Assembly: GCA_965223865.1 (NCBI GenBank)
Contig: OZ245020.1
Location: 480,001 to 544,000 of the forward strand
DNA length: 64,000 nucleotides
Origin: Nitrosarchaeum sp.
Lineage (GTDB): Archaea; Thermoproteota; Nitrososphaeria; Nitrososphaerales; Nitrosopumilaceae
Reading direction: 5' to 3'
The stretch's first letter is position 1, and each line of letters begins with the position of its first letter. Position numbers and translations under genes: made by a program. The notes beneath the pieces were generated by a model. The model had not been told where the DNA came from. It saw nothing but the letters and a program-made list of their open reading frames with translations, and made no database searches. Shown one piece after another: positions 1 to 8,978 of the stretch.

Positions 1-478
1 TGATAACAAGATCTCATCATTTAGAAATAAAAAACTGGGATTCATCTTTCAATTCTCCAATCTCTTATCTGACTTGACCGTACTTGAAAACGTGTTACTC
101 CCAAGACAGATTGCCGGAACAAATAGTTCTGCTGAAAAAGATGCTAGGGAATTGCTTACTGCTGTAGGACTGGAAAGTCAAATTAACAAGAGGGCCAACA
201 AAATTTCTGGTGGTCAAGCCCAACGTGCAGCAATTGCCAGAGGGCTGATAAACAGTCCGTCAATTGTTCTAGCTGATGAACCAACAGGAAACTTAGATTC
301 AGTTACTTCGGAAACTATAGTTCAGCTGATGAAGTCAATGGCCAAAAAACTTAATCATACATTCATCATTGTTACTCATGACAGACAGCATTTTGGAGAG
401 GTTGACAGAGTAATTACAATTAAAGATGGACGTGCATTTGAAGGCGATCTTCCACCAGAGATGGAGGTTTTGACATGA
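1..478 (+). CDS. ABC transporter ATP-binding protein (LolD/MacB type), 5' truncated by the window edge
   Basis: Frame open from position 2 (DNKISSFRNKKLGFIFQFSNLL); ISGGQAQR signature, IVLADEPTGNLD Walker B/D-loop, VTHD switch. Confidence 0.93.
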   Translation, partial: DNKISSFRNKKLGFIFQFSNLLSDLTVLENVLLPRQIAGTNSSAEKDARELLTAVGLESQINKRANKISGGQAQRAAIARGLINSPSIVLADEPTGNLDSVTSETIVQLMKSMAKKLNHTFIIVTHDRQHFGEVDRVITIKDGRAFEGDLPPEMEVLT

Positions 479-1782
479 TCAGTTCAAAAATCATTATTCT
501 CTTTGCATCTTTGCTACTCGTTCCTGCAATAGTTGATAGTTCATTTGCCCAAATCACGTCTGGTGGATTTGGTGATTCTCCATTTGAGAGAGATTTTGGA
601 GATGTAAAATTCCTTGATGCATACTTTGGAACAAACGATGAAAAATTTGAAGTTAGTCCAGGAGACAAAAACATACCATTTACTGTAATAATGGCAAATG
701 TTGGAACTCAAGATATCACTGGAATAAGAGGCCAATTATCATTACCTCTTGGATTCACAGCCTCTGATGGGCCAGGCTCGATAATCTATGCAGATGCTGA
801 TTCAAATGCACTTGCCGGTGAGAATTTTCATCTTACATTTTTTGTAGATATTGGTAACGGTGCTCAAATTCAGCAATATCCCGGCACTGTCAAGGTGGAT
901 TATTCCAGACTACGAGAATCTGGGATCCGAACTGCCTTTGAGGATTTCGATTTTAAAATAACTGGGGAAAGCGTCATAAACATACGTGCCCTCAACCCAT
1001 TTCTTGTATCATTACAACAACAACGTGTAGCAATTGAAATTTCAAATGATGGAACAGCCCCAGTCTCAAGTGTAGATGTCGAACTAAAAAATACGCAAAG
1101 TGAGAGGGCATCAACTACCCAATCTATCACAAATGTAGAAAATGTTGTAATCCTAAACACACACTGGGAAGTAGGTGAAATCAAACCAAAATCAAAAAAA
1201 ATTATAGAAGCTGATGTGTATGTGCCAGAATCTTTGAAGGGTGATACACTTCGTGCACCAATAGATATAACTTACTTTAATGCACATGGTGATCAACATA
1301 CAGTTTCACGAATTGCAGATTTCTTTGTTAAAGGGTTTATTGACATATCAATTTACAATATTGATGTAATTGAGTTATCTGGTAAACAAATGGTAATTGG
1401 TGAAATTATTAATGAAGGAAACAATGATGCATTGTTTGGGTTTGTTACAGTTCAACCAATGGGTGATTCCAACATTAAAACAACAACTCAATTCATTGAT
1501 GAAATTGAGATAGATTCTCCAGTACCATTTAATGTTCCAATCGAGTTTAACGGAGAGCCAGAATATAGAGAGCATGACATTCAAATTTCAGTAAGATACA
1601 AAGATGACATTAGAGAAGAGCACTTTGTAACTTTGGATACAACCATCTTTGTAGAGAACAACTCAAACTCGGAAGAATCTGAAGATAACACACAGTTCAT
1701 TATCATTCCAATTATAGCTGCTATTGTAATTGGAATCTTCCTATATCGTAGACGTAAAAAAGCACAAATTGAGGCAAGTTAG
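475..1782 (+). CDS. Secreted S-layer-domain (COG1361-like) protein with C-terminal membrane anchor
   Basis: Signal peptide, repeated Ig-like ANVGTQD/SNDGTAP/INEGNND segments, C-terminal TM helix + RRRKK; overlaps the ABC ATPase stop. Confidence 0.75.
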   Translation: MISSKIIILFASLLLVPAIVDSSFAQITSGGFGDSPFERDFGDVKFLDAYFGTNDEKFEVSPGDKNIPFTVIMANVGTQDITGIRGQLSLPLGFTASDGPGSIIYADADSNALAGENFHLTFFVDIGNGAQIQQYPGTVKVDYSRLRESGIRTAFEDFDFKITGESVINIRALNPFLVSLQQQRVAIEISNDGTAPVSSVDVELKNTQSERASTTQSITNVENVVILNTHWEVGEIKPKSKKIIEADVYVPESLKGDTLRAPIDITYFNAHGDQHTVSRIADFFVKGFIDISIYNIDVIELSGKQMVIGEIINEGNNDALFGFVTVQPMGDSNIKTTTQFIDEIEIDSPVPFNVPIEFNGEPEYREHDIQISVRYKDDIREEHFVTLDTTIFVENNSNSEESEDNTQFIIIPIIAAIVIGIFLYRRRKKAQIEAS

Positions 1783-1822
1783 ACTCAAATTACAAATACC
1801 AAAAAAATACAACTAACTATAG

Positions 1823-2164
1823 TTGAGAATATCAATCGTTGTTTTAATTGTTGTAATAGCTGTTGGCGGATCTGTCATATCCTTTGGGTTTTTGACAAAT
1901 CAAGAACAAGAGATGCATCAAGACCTTACTCCTTTTGAAAAGCTGCAAAACTACAAGAAAGAACTAGAGAAAATCAACCAATACAATCAGAATGTCTTAG
2001 ATGAGCTAGAACAAACTGTTACAAATTCTGATAATATTGAAGACGAGGTTGATTTAGAGCAACTAAAAGAGGAGATCAAAGTTCTAAAGCGAGTAATTAG
2101 TGAAAACCAAGCAGAACTTGAAGAGATCACTCAAAGACTCTCTGAAATGGATTCTGAGCCATAG
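1823..2164 (+). CDS. Membrane-anchored coiled-coil hypothetical protein
   Basis: N-terminal TM helix followed by an E/L/K heptad-rich helix. Confidence 0.7.
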   Translation: MRISIVVLIVVIAVGGSVISFGFLTNQEQEMHQDLTPFEKLQNYKKELEKINQYNQNVLDELEQTVTNSDNIEDEVDLEQLKEEIKVLKRVISENQAELEEITQRLSEMDSEP

Positions 2165-2224
2165 GATAAACTCAAATTTTAGAAATTTCTTTAATTCATA
2201 TACTAATTTTCAAAATCATGATTA

Positions 2225-2428
2225 TTGGAGACACATAGAAAACTCACAATTTTGGGCGTAGTCTTACTTGTGGCCACCATTGCAATCTATTACTATCATG
2301 AAGAAGATCATCCTGATGATGGATTCAACTATGCATATGTTACCGGCGTTGCTATGATAGTAGTATTTATGGCTAGTTTGGCAATAATCAACAAGGACAG
2401 ATTCAAAGAATCAAAAACTAAAAAATAA
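2225..2428 (+). CDS. Small two-TM membrane protein
   Basis: Two hydrophobic helices with an acidic/His loop and a basic tail. Confidence 0.65.
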   Translation: METHRKLTILGVVLLVATIAIYYYHEEDHPDDGFNYAYVTGVAMIVVFMASLAIINKDRFKESKTKK

Positions 2429-2540
2429 TTATTATAACAAAAAATTTTCTAATCAGTCTTTAAGCACAGTATTTTTCAATTACTAGCCTCAAATTTTCAA
2501 AAGCCTTTAAGATTATAAACAATTACTGGATCTTGCGATC

Positions 2541-2927
2541 ATGCCATGTGATGAGATTGAAGTTCCAAAGGAATTACGTGAATTCATGCTTGAGGGAGCA
2601 GAAGAAACATACCTTGGAAAAATAAATGGCGCGAAAAAGCAATACCGTTATGGTAATTTACACATCAGAGAATATGATGATAAATTTTTGGTCCATACAG
2701 ATAGAATTGATCCAAGAAAAGATCCATTAGGTCATTTGGTTTATGATGCACCAGAAGTATTGATTGGACTAGCTTGTGCAGTATTTGGTGGTTCTCAAAT
2801 TGCAAAAACTCTTCAAAATAAAAATAAATCAAAAAAATCCTTAGTTGGAGTAGGACTGTTGTCTTCAGTTATTTCAGGCTACCTTGGATATGTTGCAACA
2901 AAAAAAATTAAAAATTATTTGGAGTAG
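2541..2927 (+). CDS. Conserved archaeal hypothetical membrane protein
   Basis: QYRYGNLHIREYDD...HTDRIDPRKDPLGHL motif plus C-terminal hydrophobic helices; 2 nt from the next gene. Confidence 0.75.
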   Translation: MPCDEIEVPKELREFMLEGAEETYLGKINGAKKQYRYGNLHIREYDDKFLVHTDRIDPRKDPLGHLVYDAPEVLIGLACAVFGGSQIAKTLQNKNKSKKSLVGVGLLSSVISGYLGYVATKKIKNYLE

Positions 2928-2929
2928 AT

Positions 2930-4486
2930 ATGTCAACTGCTAGAACAATAAAAGTACTGGTAAAACTTTTGCCATCAATTATAGCTTTGCGAAAAGATAG
3001 AAGAAAATGGGTAAAACACGAACGAAGAGAAGAACTTGATCTAGAAATCTTTCGCAAAAATGCAAGAAAAGTTCTAAACACTTTCATTTCATTAGGTCCT
3101 GTATACATAAAACTTGGACAGTGGTTATCCTCTAGAGCTGACATCTTACCACAACCATACCTTGAGGAACTTGGAAAACTACAAGACAGTGTTCCTGCGG
3201 CTCCATTTGATCAAGCAAAGGCAATCATTGAAAAAGAAATTGGTCCAATAAATGAAAAATTTGATAAGATAGATCCAAATCCACTATCTGGTGCATCCTT
3301 AGGTCAAGTATATCGAGGGACTTTGTCTGGTCAAGAAATTGTTGTTAAAGTAAAAAGACCTGGCATCGAAAACGTGGTTGAGGAAGATCTCAAAGTATTA
3401 AAAAAAATTCTTCCGCTGGCACTGCGATTTGTAGATCCAAATCTTCGCTATTCTGCCAAGGCAATGCTTTCTCAGTTTATTGAGACAATTCATGAAGAGA
3501 TGGATTATACAATAGAATCGGACAATCTAAAAAAAATAAAGCATGACATGAAAAAAAACAGCAAAGTTGTAGTCCCTTCAGTATATGATGATTATTCCTC
3601 AAAAAATGTCCTTACAATGGAGTATCTTCCAGGAATCAAGGTAACAAATGTAGATGCCCTCGATAAGAAGGGAATTGACAGGCAGAAACTAGTCATTGAT
3701 GTACACAAGGTCTTTTTTACAATGCTTCTAAGATACTCTATTTTCCATGCCGACCCACATCCAGGCAATATTTCAGTGACTGATGATGGTAAATTGATAC
3801 TATATGACTATGGGATGGTAGGAAAACTAGACAATGAGACTCGGCTTAAACTAATCCGCCTATACCTTGCACTAGTAGAAAAAGATCCTCCAAGAACAGT
3901 AAACGCAATGAATGATCTTGGAATGCTTACTCCTGACTTTAACCGCTCAGTCATTGAAAAAGGAATAGAACTTGCAGTTCGCGCAATGCATGGAAAAAAG
4001 CCTGATGACATGGAAGTAGAAGGATTGATGGAGCTCTCAAACAAAACCATGAGCAGATTCCCATTTGTTTTGCCAAAGAACTTGGCTTTGTACATGAGGA
4101 TGGCTTCAATCATTGAGGGAATCTACAAGACGCATAAGATTAATTTCAAGTTTGTCAAAGTTATAAGAGAAATTCTTGAAGAGGAGAGTCTAATTAAAGA
4201 TGCATACATTGAGGAGCTCAAATATTCCTTTGATAGATTTGCAAAATCAATTGACGCTACAATTTCAATTGCACCTGAGCTCAAAAAATTTCTAGATGAG
4301 AACAGATCACTACAAATGCTAAATGCAAAACCAAAATCAAATGTCCTGCTTTCAGGCAGTATACTTTCAGCTGCAATCTTTATGGGTTCGGCAATTTTGC
4401 ATACAACAAATGAGACAGCTGGAATAACTGGAATGATCGGTTCATTATTGATAATGGGTATATTTGTGATATTTAGAAAACGATGA
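2930..4486 (+). CDS. ABC1/UbiB (AarF) family atypical protein kinase
   Basis: LGPVYIKLGQ, ASLGQVY, VKVKRP, FHADPHPGN and DYGMVG motifs. Confidence 0.95.
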   Translation: MSTARTIKVLVKLLPSIIALRKDRRKWVKHERREELDLEIFRKNARKVLNTFISLGPVYIKLGQWLSSRADILPQPYLEELGKLQDSVPAAPFDQAKAIIEKEIGPINEKFDKIDPNPLSGASLGQVYRGTLSGQEIVVKVKRPGIENVVEEDLKVLKKILPLALRFVDPNLRYSAKAMLSQFIETIHEEMDYTIESDNLKKIKHDMKKNSKVVVPSVYDDYSSKNVLTMEYLPGIKVTNVDALDKKGIDRQKLVIDVHKVFFTMLLRYSIFHADPHPGNISVTDDGKLILYDYGMVGKLDNETRLKLIRLYLALVEKDPPRTVNAMNDLGMLTPDFNRSVIEKGIELAVRAMHGKKPDDMEVEGLMELSNKTMSRFPFVLPKNLALYMRMASIIEGIYKTHKINFKFVKVIREILEEESLIKDAYIEELKYSFDRFAKSIDATISIAPELKKFLDENRSLQMLNAKPKSNVLLSGSILSAAIFMGSAILHTTNETAGITGMIGSLLIMGIFVIFRKR

Positions 4487-4500
4487 AATAGTTTTTGCTA

Positions 4501-4896
4501 TTATTCTATTTTGATATTTGTTCCATGTTTTTGAACAGGGATTGTAACTGTTAAAACACCCTTATCATATTTTGCAGAGCTAACAGATTCTTCTCCTTCT
4601 TTTACCTCAATTGGCAATCGCATCTTTTTATCAATGATGTTTGGTCTTTGATTCCAAACCATGTTGTGTTTTTTTTCTTCAGACATCTCTTCTTTGCAGG
4701 CCTGAATTGAGAGAACGTTTCCATCAAGTGATAGCTTGATGTCTTTTTTTTCAAATCCTGGAATATCAATTAGTAAAGTTAGCTTGTCATCCTCTAGATG
4801 CATATCCACAGGCGGTAAAACAAACTCGTAAAACTCTCTTGACTTAGTCCCTATCTCTTTTATGACCTCTTTTGCCATAGCGTTTACTAATCCCAT
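4501..4896 (-). CDS. Small heat-shock protein (Hsp20/alpha-crystallin)
   Basis: PPVDM...DIPGFEKKDI...AKYDKGVLTVTIP alpha-crystallin motifs. Confidence 0.93.
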   Translation of the reverse strand: MGLVNAMAKEVIKEIGTKSREFYEFVLPPVDMHLEDDKLTLLIDIPGFEKKDIKLSLDGNVLSIQACKEEMSEEKKHNMVWNQRPNIIDKKMRLPIEVKEGEESVSSAKYDKGVLTVTIPVQKHGTNIKIE

Positions 4897-5093
4897 TTTG
4901 TAATATATGCTTGATTTTTGGTTATAAACCTTGATAGGATTCAGACATGAATATTGTTAATGAATTTATTTTCCAAGTTCAAATCTCATTGAGAGCACAA
5001 AGTGTATGGGGATATAGTTAGGGAGTGTAATTCAATACCCACGTGGAATGAAATTTGTTTTTAAAATCTAGGCTATATGAAAAAAATTAAATT

Positions 5094-5195
5094 CTAACAG
5101 TCGCAACTGCAACCTTTACCTTTCTTTGGGTTGCATATCTTACAATCAAGCAGACACTTGTCCTCAGGACAATAACCGCAAAACTGTTTTTTCAC
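5094..5195 (-). CDS. Cys-rich metallothionein-like microprotein (33 aa; not in the ORF track)
   Basis: Hand translation from GTG: MKKQFCGYCPEDKCLLDCKICNPKKGKGCSCDC*; 8 Cys in CxxC/CxC patterns; divergent from the ynfA pair. Confidence 0.65.
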   Translation of the reverse strand: MKKQFCGYCPEDKCLLDCKICNPKKGKGCSCDC

Positions 5196-5235
5196 AATGT
5201 ATAATTTATCAAGTTACAAAAAAAATCTTGTTTTA

Positions 5236-5598
5236 ATGAATTTTCAAAATACCATATCTTCGGTCATCTTGTTTTTTCTGGCAGGACTCTGTGAAATAGG
5301 TGGAGGATACCTTGTATGGCTCTGGCTGCGCGAGGACTTTGGATTTGTAATAGGCGCATTAGGTGGATTTGTGCTGTTTTTGTATGGTATAGTTCCAACA
5401 TTTCAGAAAACCCATTTTCACAGAATCTATGCCGCATATGGCGGTGTATTCATTGTAATGTCGGTATTTTGGGGCTGGCTTATTGACAGTGTACAACCTG
5501 ACAACTATGACATTATTGGAGCAATCATTACAGTAATTGGTGTTCTGATAATTTTCTATTATCCGAGAAAAGGTGAGAGAATTTGGCAGAAGGAATAA
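5236..5598 (+). CDS. ynfA: YnfA/UPF0060 family small membrane protein
   Basis: AGLCEIGGGYLVWLWLR...RIYAAYGGVF...PDNYD motifs; internal ATG 5236 preferred. Confidence 0.9.
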   Translation: MNFQNTISSVILFFLAGLCEIGGGYLVWLWLREDFGFVIGALGGFVLFLYGIVPTFQKTHFHRIYAAYGGVFIVMSVFWGWLIDSVQPDNYDIIGAIITVIGVLIIFYYPRKGERIWQKE

Positions 5599-5921
5599 CT
5601 GTTCTCTCAACTCTTGGCGTGTTCTTTTTTGCAGCATTATTAGAGATTGGTGGTGGATACTTGGTATGGAAGTGGCTGCAAGATCACAAAGGAAAGATTC
5701 TGGGTTTAGTTGGAGGATTGATTCTGTTTTCATATGGGATAGTAATGACTCTACAGCCTGAAAACTTTGGCAAGGTCTATGCCGCATACGGTGGAATCTT
5801 TGTGGTATCTTCAATTATCTGGGGTTATTGGATAGACAAGAAAAGGCCAGACAGGTTTGAGATTATTGGTTCTGCTATAGTTTTGATTGGGGTTGCTGTC
5901 ATGTTTTACATACCTCGTTAG
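5583..5921 (+). CDS. ynfA: YnfA/UPF0060 family small membrane protein (second paralog)
   Basis: AALLEIGGGYLVWKW...FGKVYAAYGGIF...PDRFE; overlaps the first copy. Confidence 0.9.
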   Translation: MAEGITVLSTLGVFFFAALLEIGGGYLVWKWLQDHKGKILGLVGGLILFSYGIVMTLQPENFGKVYAAYGGIFVVSSIIWGYWIDKKRPDRFEIIGSAIVLIGVAVMFYIPR

Positions 5922-6221
5922 CTTTCATATCTACGCTAAGTGTTTGTTTCCACAAGAAACAAATCAATTAATCAAATAGGTGTAGATGACATCGTCGTTA
6001 ATCGCCTGAATCTACAAAAAATACTAGTATACTACATTTGATAACAATATTCTATTATAGAATTTTTTTCATGTATTATTTGTGATGACCCAATTGTAAA
6101 TTATCCAAAAACTTCAAAAAATAAAAATTACATTTTCAAAAATCACTTTCATCTAAAATGCATAGAATCCTTGTTTAGTTGAGTCAAGCATCAAAACATA
6201 GATGAAAATAGTTAAAAATTT

Positions 6222-7460
6222 TCATCTTTTGTTAGGTTTACGACGATTAGAATTCTGATTTCGGTAAGATAATCTCAAAAGTTCTGGTGCAACGAAAATT
6301 GTGGTCAAAACAACAAAGATCATCATAGAATACAATGCCTGATCAATTACTGCATAAGACAAACCCAATCCAACTGTGACAAATGCTATCTCGCCTCTTA
6401 CAATCATTCCATATCCTACTCGCAAACCTTTTTTCCGATTTTTTAGCAAAAATGATGCCGGAATCCCACAACCTAGAATTTTACTAAATATGGCAACTCC
6501 CAAAATACCAAGAAACACAACAATATTGATATCAAAAATAGCCCCCAGATTTACATGCGCACCAATTACTGCAAAAAACAGAGGAGTAAAAATCACCTTG
6601 AGCCTTCCAGCAAATTCACGCGCTTGCATTGCTAGCTTGGAATCAGCTAATCCCATTCCTGCAGCAAATGCTCCAATTATGGGATTCAGACCAAGTCCTC
6701 CAGCAATTGCAGCAAGTCCAAAGGCAGAACCTAAAGCCACAGCTTGATTTATTCCACGTGATTCAAGTGAAGTTGGACGCGCAATAGTCGTTGCATGAAC
6801 AATTCTGGGCAGCAAAAATACCGCACCCAATAACAACACAAACCAAAACCCAATGGATTCTATTGTCTGCAGCGTAATTGTTTCAATTGTAGGAATAGAG
6901 TTTGTCACTATAATTGAGAGAATTACAGACAAGATTGCGATTCCCAAAATATCATCTAACACTGCTGCATTGACAAGTACGTTTCCTTCAGTGGTCTTTT
7001 CTTTTCTGAGCTCTTCTAATGCTGTGACAGAAATTGCAATACTGGTGGCACTTAGAGTGGCCCCTATTACAATGGCAGCTTGCCACTCATATCCGAAGAT
7101 ACTCGTCACAAGATATCCCAGAATCAGCGGCACTATCACGCCACCAATTCCTACAGAAGCTGCCTTCATTCCGGCTCGGCGCAAATCATGAAAGGTAAAG
7201 TGCAGTCCTGCAGAAAACAGAATGATTATTCCTGAGACTTGCCAAATTGACAACATTAGATCATCCATTACAACTATAGGTTCATCGTGGAATGGAATTA
7301 ATCCACCAATTGCAAAATGGCCAAAAATAATCCCACCCAAAATAAATCCAAATATTTCAGATATTTTAAATCGGGCACAGAGTCTTCCGAGCAACATGGA
7401 AGGAATAACAATAACCAAAATTCCAATAATGGTAGGAACTACATCAAATTCAGTTACCAC
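6222..7460 (-). CDS. CPA2 family cation:proton antiporter
   Basis: About 12 TM helices; LSATSIAI, AAVLDDILG, GAFAAG and RGEIAF motifs. Confidence 0.92.
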   Translation of the reverse strand: MVTEFDVVPTIIGILVIVIPSMLLGRLCARFKISEIFGFILGGIIFGHFAIGGLIPFHDEPIVVMDDLMLSIWQVSGIIILFSAGLHFTFHDLRRAGMKAASVGIGGVIVPLILGYLVTSIFGYEWQAAIVIGATLSATSIAISVTALEELRKEKTTEGNVLVNAAVLDDILGIAILSVILSIIVTNSIPTIETITLQTIESIGFWFVLLLGAVFLLPRIVHATTIARPTSLESRGINQAVALGSAFGLAAIAGGLGLNPIIGAFAAGMGLADSKLAMQAREFAGRLKVIFTPLFFAVIGAHVNLGAIFDINIVVFLGILGVAIFSKILGCGIPASFLLKNRKKGLRVGYGMIVRGEIAFVTVGLGLSYAVIDQALYSMMIFVVLTTIFVAPELLRLSYRNQNSNRRKPNKR

Positions 7461-7645
7461 TAATAGAAAATAACATTACAATCTTTTAATGTTGTAACAT
7501 AAAATCAAGTTTAAAAATCAATATTTTTAAAAAAAGAGAGTCAGGGTTAAGCAACAAGGTTTCCCAATTATCTTCATTACGTATTCATCCAATTGGACAT
7601 AACTGTTAATGAAAAGCTATAAAATTACAATTAATTCGAAGCATC

Positions 7646-7774
7646 GTGATAGAAATTTTGAAATGTAAACACTGTGATTCGGAATTAATAGATATAGAAT
7701 CTCCAAACGGTTTTCCATTAGGTTATTGTCCTAACAAATTTTGTGATTTTTATGGTAAATCTGTAGACATTTAG
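7646..7774 (+). CDS. Zinc-ribbon microprotein (38-42 aa; not in the ORF track)
   Basis: (GTG 7646 or TTG 7658) KCKHCDSELIDIESPNGFPLGYCPNKFCDFYGKSVDI*; CxxC...CPxxxC. Confidence 0.6.
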   Translation: MIEILKCKHCDSELIDIESPNGFPLGYCPNKFCDFYGKSVDI

Positions 7775-7853
7775 AGAAAAAACAAATCAAGATTTTTTAT
7801 TATCTAATCTATTCTCTGCAATTCTTAATTATTTTGATGGTTATCTACAATCA

Positions 7854-8102
7854 TTGTCTGAGAATGTTAAGCATTCTTTTGTACTTTTGACGTGCGATGA
7901 GAAACACATTGATTCTGCAATAGATGAAATAAAATCAATACCTATTGTAACCAATGTAGGTCGTATTCAAGGAATCTATGACATATTAGTACAGTTAAAG
8001 GCATCAAATGAGACAATAAAGGAGACAATAAGAACCAAAATAAGATATGTTACTGGAGTGCGTTCGGTGCTCACATTATTTGTATATGATACATCACCAT
8101 AA
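7854..8102 (+). CDS. Stand-alone Lrp/AsnC ligand-binding (RAM) domain protein
   Basis: FVLLTC...IQGIYDILVQL...IRYVTGVRSVLTL pattern. Confidence 0.85.
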   Translation: MSENVKHSFVLLTCDEKHIDSAIDEIKSIPIVTNVGRIQGIYDILVQLKASNETIKETIRTKIRYVTGVRSVLTLFVYDTSP

Positions 8103-8122
8103 CCATGTATCAGTATTTTTAA

Positions 8123-8278
8123 TCAGATCCATTCGGGCTCTTCATCATCCCATGTTTCTATGGGCATTCCGCTTACAGACTTGCTGTTCCAGATATTTGC
8201 AAAAAGACATTTGCTTGAACAGTGCGTAATTATATAATTATCCAGCTTTCTTCCACACGCCCTGCATTTCTTGCTCAA
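8123..8278 (-). CDS. TRASH/treble-clef-like metal-binding microprotein (51 aa; not in the ORF track)
   Basis: TTG start: MSKKCRACGRKLDNYIITHCSSKCLFANIWNSKSVSGMPIETWDDEEPEWI*; CxxC-x11-CSxxC. Confidence 0.6.
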   Translation of the reverse strand: MSKKCRACGRKLDNYIITHCSSKCLFANIWNSKSVSGMPIETWDDEEPEWI

Positions 8279-8423
8279 TTTATGTAATATGACAAAAAGT
8301 TATTGAAAAATCCTGCCATCTTTTTCTTAGTATGTTTTGGGTTATTTCATATTCACATACATATTGAAAGTGCCGTAACTCGATATCAAAGATAAATTGA
8401 TAGTATAGTACCAAAATCCACAG

Positions 8424-8612
8424 TTATCTTGTAACTAAGACAGGAACCTTGGATTTGTGAATTATGATTGGTAGTACTGCCAAAAAATACCTCTTTTGGA
8501 AAACTCCTCCCTCTTCGACCATTATGATCAGGTCAATTGTATTGGATTTGCTCTCAGCAAATGTTAGAATGTCATATCCTGCAGTTTTTCCTCCTATAAC
8601 TAATTGCACCAT
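8424..8612 (-). pseudogene. Universal stress protein (UspA) remnant
   Basis: IDLIIM and IIHKSKVPVLV lie in one frame while the intervening USP motif GRRGRSFPKEVFFGST lies in a shifted frame; N-terminus missing. Confidence 0.75.
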
Positions 8613-8650
8613 AATCTACATTCTTTTTTTCTGCCAAATTTTGGAATAAA

Positions 8651-8893
8651 ATGGACAAAACTGGACAAAACAAGGCAAGATCTGATAAAAAGGAGGATAC
8701 CGGCTATGATTTAATGAAAATTCCGGATGGCTATGTAGTAGGATTTGTCATTTCAGAAGATAGTAAAGATATTGAAATTATTGGAACAAAAGTGATTCCT
8801 GAATTTGGAACGATTGCAATTATGATTCTTGCCGTTGCAATCACAAGTATCATCATAGTCACTGCAAAATCTAGAATCTCATTACGAGTATAA
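8651..8893 (+). pseudogene. Truncated PEFG-CTERM surface protein (C-terminal remnant)
   Basis: DIEIIGTKVIPEFGTIAIMILAVAITSIIIVTAKSR sorting tail with no signal peptide or body. Confidence 0.65.
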
Positions 8894-8978
8894 CTCTATT
8901 TTTATTTCAAAAATTTTCTTAATCATCCTTCTTAGTTATTGATTCCAAATTGGTATTGAATTTTTGAAATGGTATATG

